From Bacteroidia bacterium (GTDB taxonomy: Bacteria > Bacteroidota > Bacteroidia > Chitinophagales > Chitinophagaceae): a stretch of 64,000 nt of DNA. The notes under the pieces are model-generated. The model saw nothing but the letters and a program-made list of their open reading frames with translations, was not told the origin of the DNA and did no database searches. This document shows positions 7,042 through 14,778 of this stretch, one piece after another. Numbering within the stretch: the stretch's first letter is position 1; each line of letters begins with the position of its first letter. Position numbers and translations under genes: made by a program. The DNA lies in the NCBI GenBank assembly GCA_030427635.1, contig JAUIBA010000017.1, positions 231 to 64,230 on the forward strand, in the 5' to 3' direction.

Positions 7042-7557
7042 CTAATTTGCAATTGGCTGCATTGCTTTCTTTCCATGCCTTACAACTACCTGTGTCATTA
7101 ACTTAACATTGCAGAGCATACTTATTATTTGCGCCAGTTGGACATAGATCAACCCCCGATCATCCAATGACAAGAAATAGTCTGTAGCATCGGTTGCCCA
7201 ACTCATAATTTCTGTATCGGTAAACATCCATAGAATGTCTTTCAGATCGGCACCTATGGTGATATCCTCGAAGTCAGCAATTCTGATATCCTGATTGAGG
7301 TTCATTGTTGCTTCCAATATCAGAGAAAACAACAGCGCTCCCTTAGCTGCCGGCATTGGATTATCTACAGGCGTAGATTGTATTGCATTTTGTAATATTC
7401 CTCTTATGTTTTCAGTGAGCTGCCGTCTGATTTCCCTCAATGTGAACTCCCCGAATATCTCCCTGAATACACTCCCTATTTTTTCTGTATCAGCATACTC
7501 CATATCAAACCCGGAGAGTGAGGTTGTTTTGTGTGCTACATCAATTGAATTTGACAT
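7042..7557 (-). CDS. Hypothetical helical protein, 171 aa, with an internal duplication
   Basis: IGSVFREIFGEFTLREI versus IGADLKDILWMFTDTEI. AT-rich leader typical of Bacteroidota starts. Confidence 0.7.
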   Translation of the reverse strand: MSNSIDVAHKTTSLSGFDMEYADTEKIGSVFREIFGEFTLREIRRQLTENIRGILQNAIQSTPVDNPMPAAKGALLFSLILEATMNLNQDIRIADFEDITIGADLKDILWMFTDTEIMSWATDATDYFLSLDDRGLIYVQLAQIISMLCNVKLMTQVVVRHGKKAMQPIAN

Positions 7558-7773
7558 ATCTTTGTTTTGTTTGAGATTATTAAAAAGGTTGGTTGACCGC
7601 CAGGGCTATTTTGATTATTTCAAGCCGTCCCTGCAAGGACGTACAAGATCAAATTCGTAGGCGACTGTTTAGGTCGCCTATACTTTTTCTAACTGCTATC
7701 AAATACAGGCAATATGATCTGTCTTTGCCGGTACCAGTAAATGAGCCGGGCTGCAGTACAGTTACTTTTGTAT

Positions 7774-7998
7774 TTACTGGCCATGGGATTGCATGATTGG
7801 GTTAACAGTTTTTATTACTGATGGCTGCTGTGTCAACTCACGCAATAGCACAAACGCCTCTTTTCGGGTCAATGCCTCCAGATCACTGACACGGCCGCTA
7901 CTTGCCCGCCGTATTTTCTTTAGCATTTCTCTTTCAGGCACAAATAGTGATAGTGCTTCTATTATTGCTTTCTGCCGATCTCTAATGAGGACTACCAT
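7774..7998 (-). CDS. Hypothetical protein, 74 aa
   Basis: Start overlaps the stop of the excisionase-like gene (TAATG coupling at 7998). Confidence 0.6.
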   Translation of the reverse strand: MVVLIRDRQKAIIEALSLFVPEREMLKKIRRASSGRVSDLEALTRKEAFVLLRELTQQPSVIKTVNPIMQSHGQ

Positions 7999-8285
7999 TA
8001 TGCAGCAGTTTCAACCGGTGATTCAATGAGTTTTTTCAGTTCGGCGGCTGCATAATAGGTACGACCATTATCCAGTTTTAAGCGAGTAATTTTACCCGAT
8101 TTTACCATTTTCCATATCATTCCCCGAGTACATCCCATATAGGTGCAGGCTTCAAGTGTCGTCAAATACTCCTTGTTCAAATTGTTTTGAGTATCTAAAC
8201 GCTCGATTCTTTTTTCAATTCGTAACAAAGTCATCAGAATTGTGGCGTTGTCAACGCTTTTTTTGCACTGGTCTTGTTTATTCAT
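7998..8285 (-). CDS. Excisionase-like helix-turn-helix protein (HTH_17/MerR-like)
   Basis: KEYLTTLEACTYMGCTRGMIWKMVKSGKITRLKLDNGRTYYAAAELKKLIE. Divergent from the repressor. Confidence 0.85.
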   Translation of the reverse strand: MNKQDQCKKSVDNATILMTLLRIEKRIERLDTQNNLNKEYLTTLEACTYMGCTRGMIWKMVKSGKITRLKLDNGRTYYAAAELKKLIESPVETAA

Positions 8286-8329
8286 AAATTGTTACTTTTA
8301 TGTCAGGTGTACAATATTATGTAAATATA

Positions 8330-8365
8330 CGTACAAAAGTATGCAAATGTGCAATCTTTTGTACG
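8330..8365. promoter_or_regulatory. Inverted repeat (candidate operator) overlapping the TACTTTTG promoter of the xis-like operon
   Basis: CGTACAAAAG (8330-8339), 16 nt spacer, CTTTTGTACG (8356-8365). The -7 element is at 8334-8341 on the minus strand. Confidence 0.6.
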
Positions 8366-8381
8366 CATTCTTTTTGTTAAA

Positions 8382-8960
8382 ATGGATATTGGGAAAAGAA
8401 TAAAAGAAATTGTTGAGAGAAAAGGAATGAAAATGGAGCATGTATATAACTCCATTGAAATGACCAATGCCGGTTTCTACCGGATGCTGAAAAACAATTC
8501 TTTTAAGGTAAGTACTTTGATAAAAATTGCTGATTTGCTGGAAGTTCCAATCGAGGCATTCTTTTCTGATGAAGCAGATGAATTGCGAGATAAATTAGTA
8601 GGTATAATACAGGCTACAAAGGATATAGAATGGGGGATTAGACTTTGGAGTTTATGTGGCCATTCTGCTATTGAAAAGCTTGAAAAGATACTACAACAGG
8701 ACCCCCGAAATGGTAAAGAAATTCAGGAAATAATTGAATTAATAAAGAAAACGGAAGTAAACAGCAATAAGTGGCTATATAGGCATTTTACCGATGAGCA
8801 AATGAAAGCAAAAGATGCTCTCGAAAATGACTGGACAAACATTGTTAAAAAGCATATAGATGCTAATTATGCAACAGAAGAAGAGTTAACACAAGCTCTT
8901 CAAACTGATATGTGGGAAATAGTTGAAAAATATATTCTTGTATTTGACAGAAAAAAATAG
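8382..8960 (+). CDS. XRE/Cro-C1 HTH repressor with a helical C-terminal domain
   Basis: MDIGKRIKEIVERKGMKMEHVYNSIEMTNAGFYRMLKNNSFKVSTLIKIADLLEVPIEAFF is an HTH_XRE pattern. No S24 peptidase motif is visible. Confidence 0.85.
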   Translation: MDIGKRIKEIVERKGMKMEHVYNSIEMTNAGFYRMLKNNSFKVSTLIKIADLLEVPIEAFFSDEADELRDKLVGIIQATKDIEWGIRLWSLCGHSAIEKLEKILQQDPRNGKEIQEIIELIKKTEVNSNKWLYRHFTDEQMKAKDALENDWTNIVKKHIDANYATEEELTQALQTDMWEIVEKYILVFDRKK

Positions 8961-8968
8961 CCTTTACA

Positions 8969-10186
8969 CTATATCCAGTCTGTAATTTTCTTCAAATGCT
9001 CCTTTACCTTATCGCTCCCAACATGAATGTAAATCATTGTCGTTTCGACCTTGCTATGCTGTAGCAGCTCCTGCACTATGGGCAATGGTACACGCCATAC
9101 CAGGTAAGTGGCAAAGGTGTGCCTACCCACATGATTAGTTAATTTGGTTTGTACTCCAGCCATAGCTTGTATTTCTTTCAGTTGCCTGTTTACATATTGG
9201 TTGTTTGCGCTGCTTGTCTGCTGGGTTTTCAGCGATAGAAAGAAGGGGTGCTTATCATCACGCCAATACTTCTTAATGAGCCGCTCCGGGCGGCTCTGCC
9301 TGCCTTTGTCTCTGAACAGGTAGGCAAGCGGCAAATTGACGGTCTTGTTTTCCTTCTCTGATATCATACGTACCTCAATACCCTCATTGGTTTTGTGTAC
9401 ATGCTCTTTGCTGAGCCGGGAGGCATCGCTAAACCTCAATCCGGTATAGCATTGCAGTAGAAACAAATCCCTGATTACTTCAAGGTGCTGCTGTGCCGGC
9501 ACAAACTTTAATCCTTCGAGGCTTTTCAGTTCTTTATCTGTGAGGCTATACCGGGTAGTTTTATCTGCTATTATTTTTTTATCAGGGAATGGGTTTTTAT
9601 TATGCTCGAGCAAACCATGCCTCACAGCAAGCCTTGCATATTTTGCAAGTGTTTTAAAGTACAGTTTCCTTGTGCTGGGGATTAAACCTTCACTGATCAG
9701 ATAGTAATCGAAATCATCAATCAGTTTATTGTTGAGTTGCGCAAACGTTACGCCGGTTTTTGAGAACTCGTGAAAGGTGTTGATAGTTTTTTTATACTTT
9801 ACCTGTGTAGCTGCTGACAGGTTCTTTTGCTTCTCAATCTGCGCCAGTGTAAATGAAATAAAGCTCTCCCCGGCTGCAAGATTCTCCATTGCATTTTTGA
9901 GATCATAAACAGAAAAATCGGGGTTTGTTCTGTTGCGTTTATGTTCAATGTCTTTGCATTGTTCAATGAACTGAATTACCCTGTTATTGAGATCGTAGCT
10001 ATCCGGGTGCTTTATCACCATGCATTTGCTGTTATCCCAACTTGCCGGCTTTACATAAATGCCAGTACTGAAATATACTCTTGCTGCATCCTTGTACGCT
10101 TCAATTTGTATCAGACCGGTACCGTCTTTGTTGAGCTGTTTTTTGCGGTTATATACCGGTGTATAGCGGATTGCCTTTTTACTCAT
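8969..10186 (-). CDS. Tyrosine integrase (arm-binding, SAM-like and catalytic domains)
   Basis: Catalytic motifs YTGLRFSD, HVGRHTFAT and LQHSKVETTMIY. Adjacent to ssrA. Confidence 0.95.
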   Translation of the reverse strand: MSKKAIRYTPVYNRKKQLNKDGTGLIQIEAYKDAARVYFSTGIYVKPASWDNSKCMVIKHPDSYDLNNRVIQFIEQCKDIEHKRNRTNPDFSVYDLKNAMENLAAGESFISFTLAQIEKQKNLSAATQVKYKKTINTFHEFSKTGVTFAQLNNKLIDDFDYYLISEGLIPSTRKLYFKTLAKYARLAVRHGLLEHNKNPFPDKKIIADKTTRYSLTDKELKSLEGLKFVPAQQHLEVIRDLFLLQCYTGLRFSDASRLSKEHVHKTNEGIEVRMISEKENKTVNLPLAYLFRDKGRQSRPERLIKKYWRDDKHPFFLSLKTQQTSSANNQYVNRQLKEIQAMAGVQTKLTNHVGRHTFATYLVWRVPLPIVQELLQHSKVETTMIYIHVGSDKVKEHLKKITDWI

Positions 10187-10266
10187 GGCAGCGAAACTAC
10201 CCGGGAGTAATGGCCTGACATATAGAAGGGATTTTTTTACCCTCTATTCTGCAATTCAAAAAAAAC

Positions 10267-10288
10267 GGGTATCAAAAGGGTATCAAAA
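10267..10288 (+). promoter_or_regulatory. Tandem candidate integrase arm-type sites (2 x GGGTATCAAAA)
   Basis: Exact tandem 11-mers about 90-110 bp inside the ssrA-side att site. A third copy is at 1242-1252. Confidence 0.65.
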
Positions 10289-10320
10289 GAAAGTAAACAC
10301 CATAGAACTCATAAAAACAC

Positions 10321-10345
10321 AAAACCCCTGATTGTCAGGGGTTTT
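10321..10345 (-). terminator. Element-supplied terminator for ssrA
   Basis: AAAACCCCTGA-TTG-TCAGGGGTTTT palindrome about 30 nt downstream of the tmRNA 3' end. Confidence 0.75.
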
Positions 10346-10378
10346 GTACAAAAAGTGAACGTTAAAAAACAACGTCTG

Positions 10379-10744
10379 TGGAGCCGGCGGGAGTCGAACC
10401 CGCGTCCAAACATTTGCCCGATATGCTTTCTACATGTGTATTACGGCATTAATTGTGGGGAGGTGGCCGGAGCCGCACAAACCTACTACCTCCTTACCTG
10501 CTGAAGTTTTCATCCTGTACACGCAGTGGGCACAGGCCTATCCGGTTATTGTTTGATTCGGCGGCGGGGACGGCAACTGGCAGCCTTCCCGGCGGCTATA
10601 AAGGGTGTCTAATCTCTGATTAGGCAGCCATGGCGTAAGAATATTCGCCTTCTATTGGTTGGGTATTCAGATTAACGTGCTAATTACACAACGCACGACA
10701 TGCTTACACACCCTGCAGAAATGCTGTCAAAACCGGTCGGCCCC
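10379..10744 (-). ncRNA. ssrA: tmRNA; tag peptide GEYSYAMAA encoded at 10620-10649
   Basis: 5' end GGGGCCGACCGGTTTTGACAGC, 3' end GGGTTCGACTCCCGCCGGCTCCA, alanine-type acceptor stem with a G-U pair, and an internal tag ORF ending YAMAA-TAA. Confidence 0.97.
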
Positions 10745-10785
10745 GGTACTGATACACAGTGGTTTACCCACGATTGCAGTGGATG

Positions 10786-10793
10786 CAAAGTTA
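10786..10793 (-). promoter_or_regulatory. -7 promoter element TAACTTTG for ssrA
   Basis: Matches TAnnTTTG, about 42 nt upstream of the mature 5' end. Confidence 0.65.
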
Positions 10794-10885
10794 CGATTTT
10801 TTAATGCAGCATATGTGAAAACCAATGCGGTGGCAACGAGCTTTAGCGAATTGTTGGCTAACTTTGGCCCCTATTACCGGTGCTT

Positions 10886-11425
10886 ATGAAGAAAATGAAA
10901 CTGTTTGCGCTGCTGCTTGTGACTGTACTGTGCAGCTTTGCCCCGTCGGACTGGGTATGGATGGAAAATAAAGAGGCAGGATTCAAGATACTTTTTCCGC
11001 GCCAGGCGGTGGTATCGCGCGACTCGGTAAAATCATCGGCGGGTAAGCTGGCCCGTAATATACTGACGCATGAGGTGGGTAAATTTAAGGATGATAACCT
11101 TGTGTACAGTCTTTCATTTGTGGACTATCCTGATACGCTCATCAGCTCTGAGTATAAGGATGTGATCATAGACAACTTTATGAAGGAAGTAATAGGCACT
11201 GCAGTGGCTGAAAACAAGGCCAGCAAGCTGCTGGATATAAAAATAAACTATAAAGAATATCCCGGACGGAAGGTGAAAATGGCCATCATGGACGGGAAGG
11301 GCTTTGCCTACATGCAACTGTATCTGGTGCAGAGCCGGTTATACCTGCAGTCGGTATCGTGCGAGAAGGAGCATGACAATAATGCTGCGATAGATAAGTT
11401 TATGAAGTCGTTTACGCTGCTGTAA
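10886..11425 (+). CDS. Exported hypothetical protein (possible Mog1/PsbP-like fold)
   Basis: Signal peptide MKKMKLFALLLVTVLCSFA and a long ORF. The fold is a guess. Confidence 0.75.
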   Translation: MKKMKLFALLLVTVLCSFAPSDWVWMENKEAGFKILFPRQAVVSRDSVKSSAGKLARNILTHEVGKFKDDNLVYSLSFVDYPDTLISSEYKDVIIDNFMKEVIGTAVAENKASKLLDIKINYKEYPGRKVKMAIMDGKGFAYMQLYLVQSRLYLQSVSCEKEHDNNAAIDKFMKSFTLL

Positions 11426-11462
11426 AAAGAGCGACCCGCCGGATGGCGGGTCGCTCTTTTTA
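11425..11462. terminator. Bidirectional intrinsic terminator
   Basis: AAAAAGAGCGACCCGCC-GGAT-GGCGGGTCGCTCTTTTT between convergent genes. Confidence 0.9.
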
Positions 11463-11479
11463 TACTATTCTGATATCAG

Positions 11480-12463
11480 TTACTTTGCTTTGCGTGCAAG
11501 GACTTTCTCTGCGGCTGCTATGATGGCTGCAGATGTGAGACCATACTTATCGAGCAGCTGCTTAGGTGTGCCACTCTCGCCGAAGGTATCCATAACGGCT
11601 ACGTACTCATGTGGTACGGGGCAGTGACGACCGGCAACATTAGCGACGCTATCTCCAAGGCCTCCGTTTATCTGATGCTCCTCGGCTGTGACTACACAGC
11701 CGGTTTTGCTGAGGGATGCTATGATGGCCTGCTCATCGAGCGGCTTGATGGTGTGCATGTTGATAAGGTCAACGCTGATGCCTTTTTCGGCAAGGGCTTT
11801 TGCGGCTTCTACCGCCAGCCATACCATATGACCGCATGCTATAATAGATACATCTGTACCCTCTGCCAGTACCTGAGCCTTACCTATCTGAAAGTCCTGA
11901 CCTTCGGCAGTGAAGTTTGGCCACTTAGGGCGGCCAAAACGCAGATAAACCGGGCCTTCATGCTCTGCAACAGCTATAGTGGCTGCCTTTGTCTGGTTAA
12001 AGTCGCAAGGAACGATTACGGACATACCGGGCAGCATTTTCATCATGCCGATGTCTTCCAGTACCTGATGAGTAGCACCATCTTCACCGAGTGTGAGACC
12101 GGCATGCGATGCACATATCTTTACATTCTTGCCGCTATATGCCACGCTCTGGCGAATCTGGTCGTAAACACGCGAGGTAGAAAAGTTGGCAAATGTGGTG
12201 GTGAACGGAACCTTACCGCCAATGGTAAGACCTGCCGCCACACCTATCATATTGGCCTCAGCTATGCCACACTGGATGAAACGTTCAGGAAACTCTTTAA
12301 TAAAGGCGTTCAGCTTCAGTGAGCCGGCAAGGTCGGCAGTAAGCGCTACCACATTGGGGTTGCGGCGTCCGGCTTCCAGTATCCCTTCACCAAATCCGGC
12401 GCGGGTTTCTTTCTCGTTCAGTATCTGTATATCGTGCAACATATTATTTATATGCACCGGCAT
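11480..12463 (-). CDS. Transketolase, C-terminal (pyrimidine-binding) subunit
   Basis: CGIAEANMIGVAAGL, GEDGATHQ and GPVYLRFGR motifs. Confidence 0.95.
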   Translation of the reverse strand: MPVHINNMLHDIQILNEKETRAGFGEGILEAGRRNPNVVALTADLAGSLKLNAFIKEFPERFIQCGIAEANMIGVAAGLTIGGKVPFTTTFANFSTSRVYDQIRQSVAYSGKNVKICASHAGLTLGEDGATHQVLEDIGMMKMLPGMSVIVPCDFNQTKAATIAVAEHEGPVYLRFGRPKWPNFTAEGQDFQIGKAQVLAEGTDVSIIACGHMVWLAVEAAKALAEKGISVDLINMHTIKPLDEQAIIASLSKTGCVVTAEEHQINGGLGDSVANVAGRHCPVPHEYVAVMDTFGESGTPKQLLDKYGLTSAAIIAAAEKVLARKAK

Positions 12464-12558
12464 CTGCCGGCTGATGATTTACGCGCAAAAGTAAGTCTAT
12501 ATTCCGGATTCCTGCCAGCCTATGGACATTGAAATTTCAGTAACCGGGTTGTATGCTT

Positions 12559-14079
12559 CTAGTGCTTAAAATGGCGCAGCTGTGTCATAACCATAGCCAT
12601 ATCATGCTCCCGGCAATATGCCACACTATCGGCATCACGAACAGAGCCGCCCGGCTGTATGACAGCGGTAATACCGGCATCATGCGCCATAATAACACAG
12701 TCATTGAACGGAAAAAACGCATCGGACGCCATAACTGCCCCCTGAGTGGTGAAGCCAGACTGTTTTGCCTTGTCCAGCGCATGACGCAGTGCATCTACAC
12801 GGCTGGTTTGTCCGCAACCTTTTCCTATCAGCTGCCGGCCCTTAACTATAGCTATTGCATTGGATTTCAGATGCTTGCATACAATATTGGCGAAAAGCAG
12901 GTCTTCTTTTTCCTCACTGGTGCAGGGGCGTGCGCCTGCATCTGTCCACTCATTAAAGCTTTTGTCATCGGCACTCTGAACCAGAATACCGTTGAGTACG
13001 CGTTTATATTCCTTTGTGGGATAAAATGCACCTTTCTGCTGGAGCAGGATGCGATTTTTCTTAGTACGCAGTACTTCCAGAGCATCTTCGTCATATGCGG
13101 GAGCTATGAGTATTTCAAAAAACAGCTCATTTATCTTCTTTGCAGTGGCTACATCTACCGGCATATTGGTAGCGAGGACACCGCCAAATGCGCTTTCGGG
13201 GTCGCCGGCCAGGGCTGCTTCCCATGCCTCGCCTATGGTGCTGCGCTCTGCTATGCCACATACATTGGTATGCTTGATAACGGCAAATACGGGATTGGTA
13301 AATTCAGATACAATCTGGCAGGCAGCATCTACATCTACAAGATTATTGTAAGACAGCTCTTTACCGTTCAGCTTATTGAACAGGGCATCTATATTGCCAT
13401 AAAATGCGGCTTTCTGGTGGGGATTTTCACCGTAGCGCAGTGGATACTTATTATTAAATGACCACTGGCTGTAGTCGCTATTGTCGTCACGGTTGAACCA
13501 TGCGGCAATGGCCACATCGTAATGTGCACACTCAGCAAATGCTACTGCGGCAAAACGGCGACGCTCTTCCAGGGTGGTAACACCATTGCCACGGTCCAGC
13601 ACTTCCAGCAGCTCCCCGTACTGATGGCGGGATGCAATAATGCAAACATCTTTATGATTTTTACCTGCGGCACGTATAAGTGATACCCCACCGATATCTA
13701 TCTTTTCAATAATAGTTTTCTCGTCGTCGGTCTGCTTTACGGTTTCCTCGAATGGGTAGAGGTCTACAATTACGAGGTCCAGCATGGGGATGCTGTACTG
13801 CTCTGCCTGCTCCATATCTTCGGGCAAATCGCGGCGGGCGAGGATGCCACCGAAAACACCGGGGTGCAAAGTTTTAACCCTACCGCCGAGTATAGAGGGA
13901 TAACCTGTAACCTGCTCTACAGGAGTGCAGGGAATATCGAGCTTTTCTATAAATGACTGCGTACCCCCGGTAGAATAGAGGGCTACGCCCAGCTCATGCA
14001 GGCGACGCACAATAGGCTCAAGGCCATCTTTATAAAATACAGAAATCAGTGCCGAGCGAATACTGCGTTCCATTTGCAT
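12559..14079 (-). CDS. purH: Bifunctional AICAR transformylase/IMP cyclohydrolase
   Basis: GGRVKTLHP, IDIGG, LRYGENPHQ and SDAFFPF motifs. TATCTTTG promoter at 14105-14112. Confidence 0.98.
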   Translation of the reverse strand: MQMERSIRSALISVFYKDGLEPIVRRLHELGVALYSTGGTQSFIEKLDIPCTPVEQVTGYPSILGGRVKTLHPGVFGGILARRDLPEDMEQAEQYSIPMLDLVIVDLYPFEETVKQTDDEKTIIEKIDIGGVSLIRAAGKNHKDVCIIASRHQYGELLEVLDRGNGVTTLEERRRFAAVAFAECAHYDVAIAAWFNRDDNSDYSQWSFNNKYPLRYGENPHQKAAFYGNIDALFNKLNGKELSYNNLVDVDAACQIVSEFTNPVFAVIKHTNVCGIAERSTIGEAWEAALAGDPESAFGGVLATNMPVDVATAKKINELFFEILIAPAYDEDALEVLRTKKNRILLQQKGAFYPTKEYKRVLNGILVQSADDKSFNEWTDAGARPCTSEEKEDLLFANIVCKHLKSNAIAIVKGRQLIGKGCGQTSRVDALRHALDKAKQSGFTTQGAVMASDAFFPFNDCVIMAHDAGITAVIQPGGSVRDADSVAYCREHDMAMVMTQLRHFKH

Positions 14080-14248
14080 ATAGTTATTTTTTCAATTGAG
14101 AGCGCAAAGATACACCATAGGACACAATTCACTGAGTGTGGAAAGCTGGCAGGAACAGAGGCACCTGTGGCAGATGTACACAAGGTTATTTGCTTATAAA
14201 CAAAATTGACCTTATATTGTACCTTTGTTTAAAACCAGTAACGTAAAC

Positions 14249-14758
14249 ATGAGAAGTGCTGCAAGCATTTTACTGATGCTCGGTGTTGCATCCGGCTTAT
14301 ATTCCTGCAAAAAGACTATCAATTGTGAAACCAAGACAATTGGTAAAGTTATATTCATCAGCTCGCTGTCGACCACAAAGGTGCCGGACACTGCTGCTAT
14401 GGTAAGGAAGTTCAATAAAGAGACAGGCTTCTCAGAATTATCAGAAATATTTCTTCCTATAAAACTGGATAAAGTAGGGCTTTCAGATAAAAGCATGGAT
14501 TTCCCATATAAGGGCACTGAGACCTATGATTACAACTGGGAGATAACCCTACTACCATCGAACAGGATATACTACTTCTCGGCAATAGAGCATGAAAATG
14601 CTACCTCCAAGAATCATTACTGCAGCAATGGCACTTCTTATAAGATAAGAGGAGAGCAGGGGGCAATGCCTACAACCGACTCTCTGGTGACTATTCCGGG
14701 TAATCCTTATTCCACTACTCCGTACTACGTACCGGATATTCAGGTAGCTTACTGGTAA
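14249..14758 (+). CDS. Hypothetical lipoprotein
   Basis: Lipobox-like GLYSC after a hydrophobic stretch. The TACCTTTG promoter at 14220-14227 favours ATG 14249 as the start. Confidence 0.75.
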   Translation: MRSAASILLMLGVASGLYSCKKTINCETKTIGKVIFISSLSTTKVPDTAAMVRKFNKETGFSELSEIFLPIKLDKVGLSDKSMDFPYKGTETYDYNWEITLLPSNRIYYFSAIEHENATSKNHYCSNGTSYKIRGEQGAMPTTDSLVTIPGNPYSTTPYYVPDIQVAYW

Positions 14759-14778
14759 GCAATCCCCCTTTTGCGCCA

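Larger units (their letters stand above)
1166..10394. mobile_element. ssrA-integrated 9.2 kb integrative element, PICI/phage-satellite-like
   Basis: 18-bp terminal direct repeats, tyrosine integrase adjacent to ssrA, divergent repressor/xis pair, primase-helicase and iteron cluster. Visibly more AT-rich than flanking housekeeping genes. No capsid, terminase or relaxase recognised. Confidence 0.88.

Noticed and set aside
1166-10394. Complete prophage or conjugative transposon
   Set aside because: It is too small, and no terminase, portal, tail, relaxase or T4SS genes are recognisable.
11609-13461. Long plus-strand ORFs of 237 aa and 302 aa
   Set aside because: They are antisense shadows of transketolase and purH, with no recognisable motifs.
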